Origin: Desulfocapsa sulfexigens DSM 10523
Lineage (GTDB): Bacteria > Desulfobacterota > Desulfobulbia > Desulfobulbales > Desulfocapsaceae
NCBI RefSeq assembly: GCF_000341395.1
Contig: NC_020304.1
Location: 3,210,001-3,242,000, forward strand
DNA length: 32,000 bases
Direction: 5' to 3'
The stretch's first letter is position 1. Every line of letters starts with the position of its first letter. The notes below the pieces were generated by a model. That model was not told where the DNA came from and searched no databases. It worked only from the letters and a program-made list of their open reading frames with translations. A program made the position numbers and the translations under genes. This document shows, one piece after another, positions 17,706-26,789 of the stretch.

Positions 17706-19148
17706 TTGAAAACGAAAATATTAGTTGCCAATCGTGGTGAAATCGCCATTCGACTGATTCGCGCCATCCAGGAATTACATTATGAAGCGGTAGCTGTCTA
17801 TGAGACGCCAGACAAGGACTCAAGTCATATTCGCATCGCCAACGAAGCTGTCTGGCTTGGAAAGGGACCACGCTGTGACTATCTTGACATTGACAAGATA
17901 ATCAAAGCTGCCAAAAAAACCGGAGCCATAGCTATTCATCCAGGTTATGGATTTCTTGCCGAAAATGCAAACTTCGCCAAAGCCTGTGAAGATGAAGGTA
18001 TTATCTTTATAGGTCCATCTTCAGAAGTTGTCACTAATTTAGGTAATAAGGTTATAGCAAGAAAGATTATGGCCGAAGCCGGTATCCCTATGGTACCTGG
18101 CACTGACAACCTTCCGCATGGTGACGAGGGTGTGAAGGCTGCCATAGCCTTTGCCGACGAATTCAAGTATCCAATCATGCTGAAGGCAACCTCTGGTGGT
18201 GGAGGACGTGGTATCAGGCTTATTGAGTCCGATGCCCAGATGAAGTCGGAAATCCCAGTTGCTCGAGCTGAAGCTCTTGCTGCCTTTAATGACGCATCGG
18301 TTTACCTTGAAAAGGTGGTTGTTGAACCCAAACATGTTGAAGTCCAGATCATGGCAGACCATGAAGGCACTACCATTCACCTCGGGACACGTGACTGTTC
18401 TATTCAACGAAGAAATCAAAAACTGATAGAGATTGCTCCCTCAATGATTGGTGACAAGAAACTTTTGGATACCATCTGTGAAACCGCTGTTAAAGCCGCC
18501 AAAGCCGCCAATTATCTTAATGCCGGCACTGTAGAGTTTCTTATAGATAAAGATTTCAATTATTATTTTATGGAGATCAACACCAGGGTACAGGTTGAAC
18601 ATACAGTAACGGAAATGGTCACCGGCATTGATATCGTTCGTACCCAGATCAAACTTGCTCTTGGTAAAAAACTTTCCTTTTCACAGAATGATGTACAGTT
18701 ACGTGGCCATGCCATCGAAATGCGCATAAATGCGGAAGACCCTAAGGCGGATTTCATGCCAGAAGGTGGAAAGACGGTTTCTGTATATCGCTCACCTGGT
18801 GGTTATGGTGTTCGACTTGATGGATTTGTTTACCAGGGCTTCACCATTCCCGAAGTGTACGATTCATTGCTCGTCAAAATGACCGTTCATGGTTTCTCCT
18901 GGAATGAAACTGTGGACAGGCTGCGCCGTTGTCTTCAGAATTTTGTTATTTCTGGACCGAAAACAACCATTCCCTTCTATCTGAACATTGCCAAAGAGCC
19001 GGATTTTATAGCAGGGAATTTCGACACATCATATTTGGATAAACACCCTGAATTGTTCATATATGAAGACAACGCCAATGAGGCCAGCAAACTCGCAAAC
19101 TTGATAGCAGAAATTCATCATCGTGGTTACAATCCATACGCTGCCTGA
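17706..19148 (+). CDS. Biotin carboxylase subunit of a two-subunit pyruvate carboxylase (TTG start proposed)
   Basis: ILVANRGEIAIRLIRAI, IHPGYGFLAENANFAKAC, ATSGGGGRGIRLI, YFMEINTRVQVEHTVTEMVTGIDIV. AAAGGAG at 17693-17699 fits TTG at 17706 better than TTG at 17700. Confidence 0.92.
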   Translation: MKTKILVANRGEIAIRLIRAIQELHYEAVAVYETPDKDSSHIRIANEAVWLGKGPRCDYLDIDKIIKAAKKTGAIAIHPGYGFLAENANFAKACEDEGIIFIGPSSEVVTNLGNKVIARKIMAEAGIPMVPGTDNLPHGDEGVKAAIAFADEFKYPIMLKATSGGGGRGIRLIESDAQMKSEIPVARAEALAAFNDASVYLEKVVVEPKHVEVQIMADHEGTTIHLGTRDCSIQRRNQKLIEIAPSMIGDKKLLDTICETAVKAAKAANYLNAGTVEFLIDKDFNYYFMEINTRVQVEHTVTEMVTGIDIVRTQIKLALGKKLSFSQNDVQLRGHAIEMRINAEDPKADFMPEGGKTVSVYRSPGGYGVRLDGFVYQGFTIPEVYDSLLVKMTVHGFSWNETVDRLRRCLQNFVISGPKTTIPFYLNIAKEPDFIAGNFDTSYLDKHPELFIYEDNANEASKLANLIAEIHHRGYNPYAA

Positions 19149-19244
19149 TATAAGAGCAACAGTTAAAGACACTAATTTTCCTGTCGTTAAACGGTTCCCT
19201 AGAAAGACCTGGTTACGACAAACATTGATAGAGAAGGAATAAAT

Positions 19245-21152
19245 ATGGAACGAATTGTACAAGGAACCTCACCGGCTGATGTGGTCAAACAATTACAGAA
19301 TTCAGATGGTTATCATATCACCAATACTGCCCGTGATCTCTCTCAGTCTGATTTTAAAAATAGAATTCTTCTCCATACTGACATGATGGCGGCAGAATCG
19401 AGAGAACGAGCCGGATATTTTTCACTCGAGATTACAGGCGGGGCATCTGTTCATGTAGATATTCTCCGCAAACAGGTTGACCCGTTTCTCAAACTGGAAA
19501 TTCTTCGTGAAAAAATGCCCACCACAATGTTTCAAACCCTGTGTCGTGGTGTGAATCTTTTTGGCTATCGTCCTTACCCTCAAAATGTCATTCGTTTTAC
19601 AGTTAGAGAATTTGCAAAATACGTTGATGTCTGGCGTACTTTTGATTTCATGAACTATATTCCGAATATGCAGGCTGTTTTTGAGGAAGTTGCCAAGGCC
19701 GGAAAAATCAACGAGCCCTGTATATGCTTTTCCACAGGTCCTGAACATACCGACGCTTACTACCTGACAAAAGTTCAGGAAATCCTCGATGTAACCGGGA
19801 ACGATATTGTTCTCTGTATTAAGAACCATGGAGGGTTGGGAACTCCTACACGTATTGGAGAACTTGTTGATTCCATTCGTCAAAAGCATCCTGACCTGCC
19901 AATTCATTATCATGGTCATAATACTGACGGTAATGATGTTGGGAGAATCGTGGCTGCTGTTCAGAATGGTGCTACAATCGTTGATGCCTCTGATGCATCC
20001 TTCACTGGTTTCTACGGACCAGCACCGATTCTCACAGTAATTCAGACCTTGAAGGATCTTGGTCATAATCCTGCGACCATAAACGAAGATGCAGTTATTG
20101 AAACCTCCGAGGCCATACGAGACCAACGACAGTACTACGAAGCCTTTGAGTCCCAGATTAAGGGGTTCCAGCCCACCGTTCAGATTCACAAGCTCCCCGG
20201 CGGTGCAATGGGATCCAGTCTTGAGCAGGCTGTCAAGGGTGGTTTCCTTGATAAGATGCCGGATATTTTGCACAAGGAACTTCCAAGAGTTCAGAAAGAA
20301 TTAGGAAATTACTGGTCTGTAACCCCCGGTTCCCAAATTCTCTGGACAACAGCCGTTTCTAACGTACAGGGGGGGGAACGCTACGGAAATCCATCGGGTG
20401 ACCTGAGAAATCTCCTTCTTGGGAAATATGGCCCATTTCCCTTCTACGAGCCTGAAGAATGGATTTTCGAGAAAGTGCTTGGAAAAGACTGGAAAAAAGT
20501 TATCGAAAAAGAAGGTGGTGTCGAAGATATCGGCGATATGGACATCGAGAAAGAGAAGGAAACTCTTACTGAGAGAATTGGTGGCGAACCCACTGATCAA
20601 CAACTGGTTCTGTACCTGCAGCACCCCAATGACGCAGTAGAATTTTTCAAATTTGAAGAAAAATTCGGCAAAGTATACGTACTTCCTCCCTCAATATTCC
20701 TCCATCAGGGACAATTTGATCCTGGAGAGACACTTACCTTTACCGATCATACCGGAAAAGAGCACATGCTTGAGGTTGGTCCATCCATCGTAGATGAAGA
20801 TGGTGAGACCAATGTTTATCTCAATGTTGATCACCACCAACGCGTATATACCTTTGAGGCTGAACTGCCTGAAGGTGTCACCGCTAAGGCTGCTGTTATC
20901 TCGAAAGAAGAAATAATCGCTCTTGCGAAAGCTGGTGATATGCGTGCTTCATTTTCCGGCAATGTTTGTGAAATCGGTGTAAAGGAAGGACAGGCTGTTG
21001 CTGCTGGTGATAAACTTGCTGTTATGGAAGCCATGAAAATGCAGACTCCTATTAACAGCGTAATAGATGGAATCGTAACTGCTATTTCAGTCAAGGTTGG
21101 TGATTCATTACAGCCTGGTGATAAAATATTGAAAATTGATATAGACGAATAG
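19245..21152 (+). CDS. Carboxyltransferase + biotin carrier subunit (pyruvate carboxylase B / oxaloacetate decarboxylase alpha-like), divergent
   Basis: TARDLSQSDFKNRI, LEITGGASVHVD, LCRGVNLFGYRPYPQNV, LCIKNHGGLGTPTRIGELVDSI, IHYHGHNTDGND; C-terminal biotinyl domain with EAMKMQTPI. Confidence 0.88.
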   Translation: MERIVQGTSPADVVKQLQNSDGYHITNTARDLSQSDFKNRILLHTDMMAAESRERAGYFSLEITGGASVHVDILRKQVDPFLKLEILREKMPTTMFQTLCRGVNLFGYRPYPQNVIRFTVREFAKYVDVWRTFDFMNYIPNMQAVFEEVAKAGKINEPCICFSTGPEHTDAYYLTKVQEILDVTGNDIVLCIKNHGGLGTPTRIGELVDSIRQKHPDLPIHYHGHNTDGNDVGRIVAAVQNGATIVDASDASFTGFYGPAPILTVIQTLKDLGHNPATINEDAVIETSEAIRDQRQYYEAFESQIKGFQPTVQIHKLPGGAMGSSLEQAVKGGFLDKMPDILHKELPRVQKELGNYWSVTPGSQILWTTAVSNVQGGERYGNPSGDLRNLLLGKYGPFPFYEPEEWIFEKVLGKDWKKVIEKEGGVEDIGDMDIEKEKETLTERIGGEPTDQQLVLYLQHPNDAVEFFKFEEKFGKVYVLPPSIFLHQGQFDPGETLTFTDHTGKEHMLEVGPSIVDEDGETNVYLNVDHHQRVYTFEAELPEGVTAKAAVISKEEIIALAKAGDMRASFSGNVCEIGVKEGQAVAAGDKLAVMEAMKMQTPINSVIDGIVTAISVKVGDSLQPGDKILKIDIDE

Positions 21153-21176
21153 GTTTTTCCCTCCGTATCAGATTCA

Positions 21177-21218
21177 AATGCCTTTTCATAATAGCAATTA
21201 TGGAAAGGCATTTTTTTG
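21177..21218 (+). terminator. Rho-independent terminator after the carboxyltransferase gene
   Basis: AAATGCCTTTTC (21177-21188), 14-nt loop, GGAAAGGCATTT (21203-21214), continuing into a T run. Confidence 0.85.
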
Positions 21219-21341
21219 TAAACAATAAACTCCTCCCCTTGCAGTAGCTCATTCCATTATAAAACAACTTGACTTTCTCCTGTAAAAGCGAAGAAAATAA
21301 GAAAAGAGTCCCTCTTCTGCCCTTACTGAAGGAATGAGTCC

Positions 21342-21878
21342 ATGCCTAACAACAACTGTCATTCCACAAGCTATATTTCAACGGCTACTGTCCCTAGGAT
21401 TCTTGTCCGTCTTATACTCTATGCCCTCCTGTGGTACACACTTGCCGGGTCGGACATGTTGAGCTGGATTATAGGTGTTCCCGCAGTTTTGTTGACCACA
21501 TCACTTAGTTTTAAACTGACTGCATCTTCCCGAGTAAATATAAGTTTTACTGGCATTATTCGTTTTATTCCTTTTTTTCTCTACCAATCTTTTCACGGTG
21601 CCGCTGATGTCATGCGCCGTGCCCTCTCTTTTCGACAACTTCTTAATCCTGGGCTGGTCTCCTATACCACTCTCCTGCCCGAAGGATCTGCCAGGATATT
21701 TTTTATTAACAGTATCAGCCTGCTCCCCGGTACATTGAGTGCAAAGTTGCATGGAAACAAGGTGGTCATTCACACTCTTGATCTTGGACTGCCTGTTTGG
21801 CGTAACATTCAACACCTTGAATATCAGGTTGCACTGTTGATGGGCTGTACGACTGGAAAAAGACAGGAAGAACTATGA
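21342..21878 (+). CDS. Na+/H+ antiporter subunit E (MrpE/MnhE-like)
   Basis: ALLWYTLAGSDMLSWIIGVPAVLLTT...PFFLYQSFHGAADVMRRAL...LLPGTLSAKLHGNKVVIHTLD. Confidence 0.86.
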   Translation: MPNNNCHSTSYISTATVPRILVRLILYALLWYTLAGSDMLSWIIGVPAVLLTTSLSFKLTASSRVNISFTGIIRFIPFFLYQSFHGAADVMRRALSFRQLLNPGLVSYTTLLPEGSARIFFINSISLLPGTLSAKLHGNKVVIHTLDLGLPVWRNIQHLEYQVALLMGCTTGKRQEEL

Positions 21879-22162
21879 GTTGGATTCATATATTTTTTGC
21901 TCTAATTTTGCTTCTTGCAATTGCTGCAGGTATGATTCGTATTCTGAGAGGTCCTACTGCTGCTGATCGTATGATGACGGCGCAGCTATTTGGCACCTGC
22001 GGTGTGGCGATACTGCTGCTGTTGAGTGCAGGAATGGCAAGCCCGGTACTCGTTGATATTGCACTCGTTTTTGCACTTCTCGCAGCACTTGCCACCTTAA
22101 CCTTTGTCCGCCGAACCTGGCAAGATCCCGGGAAGAAAAGACATGGATATCCTCTATTATAG
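21875..22162 (+). CDS. Na+/H+ antiporter subunit F (MrpF/MnhF-like)
   Basis: MIRILRGPTAADRMMTAQLFG...PVLVDIALVFALLAALATLTFVR. Confidence 0.88.
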   Translation: MSWIHIFFALILLLAIAAGMIRILRGPTAADRMMTAQLFGTCGVAILLLLSAGMASPVLVDIALVFALLAALATLTFVRRTWQDPGKKRHGYPLL

Positions 22163-22445
22163 TGGCACCTTTATCCTTATAATTGGTCTTCTTTTTTTTC
22201 TGTCCGGTACCGTGGGACTGATTCGTTTTCCAGACATTTACACCAGGCTACATGCTCTAACCAAAGCGGATAACGTCGGGCTTGGCTGTGTAATCTGCGG
22301 TCTTTCCCTCCAGTCCTGCAACTGGATGCTAATAGTAAAACTTTTGCTTATCTGGTTGCTGGTTATGGTTGCAAGTTCTGCATCCTGCCATCTCATTGCC
22401 AGCAGTGCAATGCAGAAAAACATTAAGCCCTGGACACGCTCATGA
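22143..22445 (+). CDS. Na+/H+ antiporter subunit G (MrpG/MnhG-like)
   Basis: ATG at 22143: MDILYYSGTFILIIGLLFFLSGTVGLIRFPDIYTRLHALTKADNVGLG. Overlaps the F gene. Confidence 0.88.
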   Translation: MDILYYSGTFILIIGLLFFLSGTVGLIRFPDIYTRLHALTKADNVGLGCVICGLSLQSCNWMLIVKLLLIWLLVMVASSASCHLIASSAMQKNIKPWTRS

Positions 22446-22774
22446 GCTATTCCATCTTAACATTTTTCGACCTCATCCTCGTTTTAACCCTTCTCTCGTT
22501 AAGCTGGCATCTGCTCAATAGTGAAGACATCTTTAAGGCTGTTGTCCTGTTCATATCCTTTGGCCTTTTGATGGCCCTGGCCTGGGTTAGGATGCGGGCC
22601 CCAGATGTGGCTCTTGCTGAGGCGGCACTTGGAGCTGGTCTGACGGGACCGCTTTTTCTTGCAGCCCTCAGACGAATGAATCGATGTCACAAAGGTGAAC
22701 GTAGACTTGATATCGATGAAAACAGGGACGGAGATAATGAAAAAAAAATGGAACAACCACATCAGAGAGCGTAA
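22442..22774 (+). CDS. DUF4040/MbhD-like antiporter subunit (detached C-terminal part of canonical MrpA)
   Basis: FFDLILVLTLLSLSWHLLNSEDIFKAVVLFISFGLLMALAWVRMRAPDVALAEAALGAGLTGPLFLAAL. Confidence 0.82.
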   Translation: MSYSILTFFDLILVLTLLSLSWHLLNSEDIFKAVVLFISFGLLMALAWVRMRAPDVALAEAALGAGLTGPLFLAALRRMNRCHKGERRLDIDENRDGDNEKKMEQPHQRA

Positions 22775-23447
22775 TCCTTTTCAGCTGCTCTTTTTGTTCC
22801 TTCTCTTTTCTTTGACAGTGATACTTGCAGTCATCTTCTGTAATATTCCTGAAAAGAGTTCAGTAATTGAAGCTGGTATTGTCTCTATGCAGAACCAGAG
22901 TGGTGTGAACAGTCCGGTAACCGCTGTGCTGCTCAATTTTCGAGGGTATGACACTTTACTTGAAGTAATGGTGCTCCTGGTTGCTGTCATTGGGGTATGG
23001 TCACTGACCAAAGCTACTTCCTACGGAAATACAGCTGACATAAGCCCAGTGCAGCTAGGTGTTGTTCATCTGCTTACCCCGGTAATGTGCCTGGTTGCAG
23101 CATATCTTGTGTGGCAGGGAAGTCATCTGGCGGGAGGGGCATTTCAGGGAGGTGCTATTTTAGGTGCTGCAGGAGTTCTCCTGCTGGTAAGCGAAATTCC
23201 CTGGCCACATGCTGTTCCTGCTTTGGTTCTTCGCATCGGTCTGGTTTTCGGGCCATTGATTTTTACTGGCATCGCTCTTTACTGTCTTTGGGCCCGTGGC
23301 GGACTCCTGGACTACCCTAAAGGATCTGCTGGGTGGCTGATTCTCCTTATCGAAACGACCTGTGCACTTTCCATTGGTCTTACATTGGCCCTGCTTTTTG
23401 CAGGTGGTCGACCTGATGAGACGGGTTCCGAAGGAGACGTACAATGA
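22737..23447 (+). CDS. MrpB/MnhB-like antiporter subunit, with an N-terminal MbhE-like segment
   Basis: ATG at 22737: NPVTAVLLNFRGYDTLLEVMVLLVAVIGVWSL, then LTPVMCLVAAYLVWQGSHLAGGAFQGGAILGAAGVLLL (MnhB signature). Confidence 0.85.
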   Translation: MKKKWNNHIRERNPFQLLFLFLLFSLTVILAVIFCNIPEKSSVIEAGIVSMQNQSGVNSPVTAVLLNFRGYDTLLEVMVLLVAVIGVWSLTKATSYGNTADISPVQLGVVHLLTPVMCLVAAYLVWQGSHLAGGAFQGGAILGAAGVLLLVSEIPWPHAVPALVLRIGLVFGPLIFTGIALYCLWARGGLLDYPKGSAGWLILLIETTCALSIGLTLALLFAGGRPDETGSEGDVQ

Positions 23448-23779
23448 TTACAACCATGCTTTATAGTCTTACCGGCCTGATACTCTTTGGCATGGGCTTT
23501 TACACTCTTATTATCCACTCCCACCCCCTGCGTAAAATCCTGGCCGTTAACGTGATGGCAACTGGAGTCTTTCTAATTCTGGTTGCAACCGCCTACATCC
23601 CAGTTGGCCAGGGAGACATCGACCCTGTGCCCCATGCCATGGTGCTGACTGGTATTGTCGTTTCGGTGAGTGTCACGGCACTGGCTTTAATCTTTGCCTG
23701 TAAGGTCCAGGAGAACTCTAATCTCGACCTGCTAAGAAAAAGAAATCATCGTAAATCCATGAAGGAACGCGGATTGTGA
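23444..23779 (+). CDS. MrpC/MnhC (NuoK-like) antiporter subunit
   Basis: YSLTGLILFGMGFYTLIIHSHPLRKILAVNVMATGVFLILVA...DPVPHAMVLTGIVVSVSVTALALIF. Confidence 0.9.
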   Translation: MITTMLYSLTGLILFGMGFYTLIIHSHPLRKILAVNVMATGVFLILVATAYIPVGQGDIDPVPHAMVLTGIVVSVSVTALALIFACKVQENSNLDLLRKRNHRKSMKERGL

Positions 23780-25296
23780 TGTTCTCTTCCGATACAGCAG
23801 TATGGATAGTTTTTCCAGTTATTCTACCTCTTGTAGCTGGTCTGCTCTGTTTCCTGTTTAAACGCGGGACATTTGGTATTGCTCTTGCCGCGGCCATAGG
23901 AAATTTCTTTGTGGTCAGCTTTCTTATTTATCAAATGCTTGTTTACGGCCCTATGCGTTGTTACATAGGCGGTTGGCACCCGCCATTGGGGATAAGCCTG
24001 CGAAGCGACGGGCCTGCCCTGCTTATGCTGCTGATGACTGCTGCAACAGGCCTCGCCATCACTCTCTACGCCAGGGGATATTTTTTGTTTCGTATTTCCG
24101 ATCCATTACGGGCCCAACGACACAAACGTCAACAACACTATTTCTGGCCACTTTGGATGTTGCTGCTCACTGGGTTGAACGGTCTGTTTCTTTCGGCTGA
24201 CATCTTTAATCTGTATGTCACCCTTGAGCTTATAGCGATCTCAGCTGCTCCACTCGCAGCATTGTCAGGAAAACCTGCGTCCCTGCGGGCATCCTATCGT
24301 TATCTGCTTATAAGCCTCATTGGATCACTCACCTATCTTCTCGGTGTTGTATTTCTTTACCGCTCCTGCGGCGTATTGGATCTTGCTCTACTGCAAAACC
24401 TCGCTGGGAACAGGTTAGCAATAACTACGGCACTTGTATTGCTGACAGTCGGGTTGATGCTGAAAACCGCTCTGGTGCCACTCCATTTCTGGTTGCCTCC
24501 TGCCCATGCCAATGCCCTGGCACCAGTAAGTGTTATTCTCTCAGCCCTGGTGGTCAAAGCTTCGTTTTATCTGTTATTCCGTTTCTGGTTTGAAATCTTT
24601 GCCCCTATCATCAGTCTCTCTTCTCTGAATTTTATGGGGACACTCGGGGCACTGGCAATTTTCTGGGGTGCAATTCAAGCCATGCGTCAACAGAGACTTA
24701 AGCTGATGGTAGCCTATTCAACTGTTTCTCAACTCGGCTATTTATTTGTCGCCTTTCCCCTGAGCATGTTTGTAGATGGAGGACAGGCGTGGTCCATCGT
24801 TGTTTTTATTGCCCTGACCCACGCCTGCGCAAAATCAGCAATGTTTATGGTGGCAGGCAATGTGTACCTGCACCTTGGTCACGATAGGATCAAGAGTTTA
24901 AAAGGGGTGAGGTCCAGTCAGCCGATCACCGTTTTTGCTTACGGTATTGCCGGAGTCAGTCTTATGGGACTCCCCCCATCCGGTGCCTTTATTGCTAAAT
25001 GGATGCTCCTCAGCACGTCCTTTGCTTCCTTGCAATACTGGTGGGCAGTCGTGATTGCAGGAGGCAGTCTATTGGCCATGATTTACGTATTCAGGGTCAT
25101 GTCCAATTTTTTTGTCATTCCTGAGGGTGAATCATCCAAGAAAAACGTATCACTTTCTCCTCTTCTGGAATGGCCCCCACTCATTCTTGCTCTAATATCT
25201 CTTTTTCTTGGCCTGATCTCCCCCTGGGTTCTTAAAATTGTATTATATAAAGACAGTGGACTGTTTGCCCAGATCTTTCAGGGGGGGCTGCCATGA
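23776..25296 (+). CDS. MrpD/NuoN-like proton-translocating subunit, paralogue 1
   Basis: DIFNLYVTLELIAISAAPLAAL, LMLKTALVPLHFWLPPAHANALAPVSVILSALVVKASFYLLFR, VAYSTVSQLGY. Key Glu and Lys residues retained. Confidence 0.9.
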   Translation: MMFSSDTAVWIVFPVILPLVAGLLCFLFKRGTFGIALAAAIGNFFVVSFLIYQMLVYGPMRCYIGGWHPPLGISLRSDGPALLMLLMTAATGLAITLYARGYFLFRISDPLRAQRHKRQQHYFWPLWMLLLTGLNGLFLSADIFNLYVTLELIAISAAPLAALSGKPASLRASYRYLLISLIGSLTYLLGVVFLYRSCGVLDLALLQNLAGNRLAITTALVLLTVGLMLKTALVPLHFWLPPAHANALAPVSVILSALVVKASFYLLFRFWFEIFAPIISLSSLNFMGTLGALAIFWGAIQAMRQQRLKLMVAYSTVSQLGYLFVAFPLSMFVDGGQAWSIVVFIALTHACAKSAMFMVAGNVYLHLGHDRIKSLKGVRSSQPITVFAYGIAGVSLMGLPPSGAFIAKWMLLSTSFASLQYWWAVVIAGGSLLAMIYVFRVMSNFFVIPEGESSKKNVSLSPLLEWPPLILALISLFLGLISPWVLKIVLYKDSGLFAQIFQGGLP

Positions 25297-26789
25297 ATAG
25301 CGGTCAACTGCTTCTTGTTTCCATCCTGCTCAGTTCATTTATCCCAGGCATTATCATCTTTTGTCTGCCAGAGGAAAAACATCGGTTACGCACACTCCTC
25401 AATTTTTGTGGCTCAATAGTCAAAATATCACTGGTTCTTGTTATGAATGCCGGTATTTATTACGGTCATGTCTTTGAAATACGATTACCGCTTATCCCAG
25501 GTGTAGAGTTACTGTTAAGTGGGGATCCGTTGTCTGCTCTCTTTACAACCCTGTCCAGTGTTCTCTGGCTCCTGACCACTGTTTATGCAGTTGGCTATCT
25601 TGAAAACTCACCCAACCGTAGTCATTTTTTCGGTTATTTTAGTCTCTGTGTAACGGTTACTATCGGTATTGCCCTCGCAGGCAATCTGGTGACATTTCTT
25701 CTTTTTTATGAAATGCTCACCCTTGCCACCTATCCACTGGTTATCCACCGGGGAACAGATAAATCATTACGCGCAGGCCGTAATTATCTTATGTATGCCT
25801 TCAGTGGTGGCGCCGTTTTTCTTGTTGCCGTGGTCTGGCTTCAAGCTATTGTCGGACCGATGGATTTCTCGGCAAGCGGATTTTCACCTATGTATCTTAC
25901 CAGCCACGGATCGGTTTTGACTTTTATTTTTATCCTCCTGATTATCGGAGTTGGCGTCAAGGCCGCACTGGTTCCGTTGCATGGCTGGCTCCCTCAGGCC
26001 ATGGTGGCACCTGCTCCGGTGAGTGCTCTTTTGCATGCAGTTGCCGTGGTCAAGGCCGGCGCTTTTGGTATTGTTCGTATCGTTCTTGATGTCTACGGAG
26101 CACATAACCTGCTCCTTATGGGAGTCCTTCCTTTACTTTCAGCTGTTGCCGCCTTCACTATTATTTACGGATCGGTCCTTGCACTGCAGCAGGATGATCT
26201 TAAAAGGCGCCTTGCCTATTCTACTATCAGCCAGGTTTCCTATATTGCGCTTGGAATGAGTATGGTAGATCAGCAACTTGCAGTTATCGGAGGCCTTGTC
26301 CATCTCGTACATCAGGGATTGATGAAAATAACTTTGTTCTTTTGCGCAGGAAATCTTGCCGAAACACTGGGCATTCACCGTATCAGTGAAATGCGTGGCG
26401 TTGCGCGACGTATGCCTCTTACCATGGCTGCATTTTCAATTGCAGCTTTGGGAATGATCGGTATTCCACCCACTGTTGGCTTTGTTTCCAAGTGGTATCT
26501 GGGGCTTGGTGGTTTGGCCGGAGGAAACTGGTGGTTGCTGGTAGTACTTGTGGTGAGCAGCCTTCTCAACGCCTGGTATTTTCTTCCTATTCTGATCTAT
26601 GCCTGGTTTGACAAGCAACAGGGGGCCTGGCCTGAAGAGCTGTATGTCGGTCGTTTTGAGACCCGTTTAATGCTGCTTGTACCTCCACTTGTCACGGCCT
26701 TTATTGTTATGGCAGCAGGCTTAGTAGCCAATGCTCAGATCAGCCCCCTGGCCTGGGTACGTTTTATTGTCAGGGGGTATACTTTATGA
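25293..26789 (+). CDS. MrpD/NuoM-like proton-translocating subunit, paralogue 2
   Basis: LVTFLLFYEMLTLATYPLVIH, GVGVKAALVPLHGWLPQAMVAPAPVSALLHAVAVVKAGAFGIVR, LAYSTISQVSYIALG. Confidence 0.9.
   Translation: MNSGQLLLVSILLSSFIPGIIIFCLPEEKHRLRTLLNFCGSIVKISLVLVMNAGIYYGHVFEIRLPLIPGVELLLSGDPLSALFTTLSSVLWLLTTVYAVGYLENSPNRSHFFGYFSLCVTVTIGIALAGNLVTFLLFYEMLTLATYPLVIHRGTDKSLRAGRNYLMYAFSGGAVFLVAVVWLQAIVGPMDFSASGFSPMYLTSHGSVLTFIFILLIIGVGVKAALVPLHGWLPQAMVAPAPVSALLHAVAVVKAGAFGIVRIVLDVYGAHNLLLMGVLPLLSAVAAFTIIYGSVLALQQDDLKRRLAYSTISQVSYIALGMSMVDQQLAVIGGLVHLVHQGLMKITLFFCAGNLAETLGIHRISEMRGVARRMPLTMAAFSIAALGMIGIPPTVGFVSKWYLGLGGLAGGNWWLLVVLVVSSLLNAWYFLPILIYAWFDKQQGAWPEELYVGRFETRLMLLVPPLVTAFIVMAAGLVANAQISPLAWVRFIVRGYTL

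Noticed and set aside
19422-20273. 283-aa minus-strand ORF antisense to the carboxyltransferase gene
   Set aside because: Long but Cys/Asn/Ile-rich with no domain; the plus-strand frame has a biotinyl domain and carboxyltransferase motifs. Treated as a shadow ORF.
20369-20376. G8 homopolymer in the carboxyltransferase gene, considered as a frameshift or phase-variation site
   Set aside because: The reading frame is intact through it and the downstream biotinyl domain is in frame; one copy alone is weak evidence.
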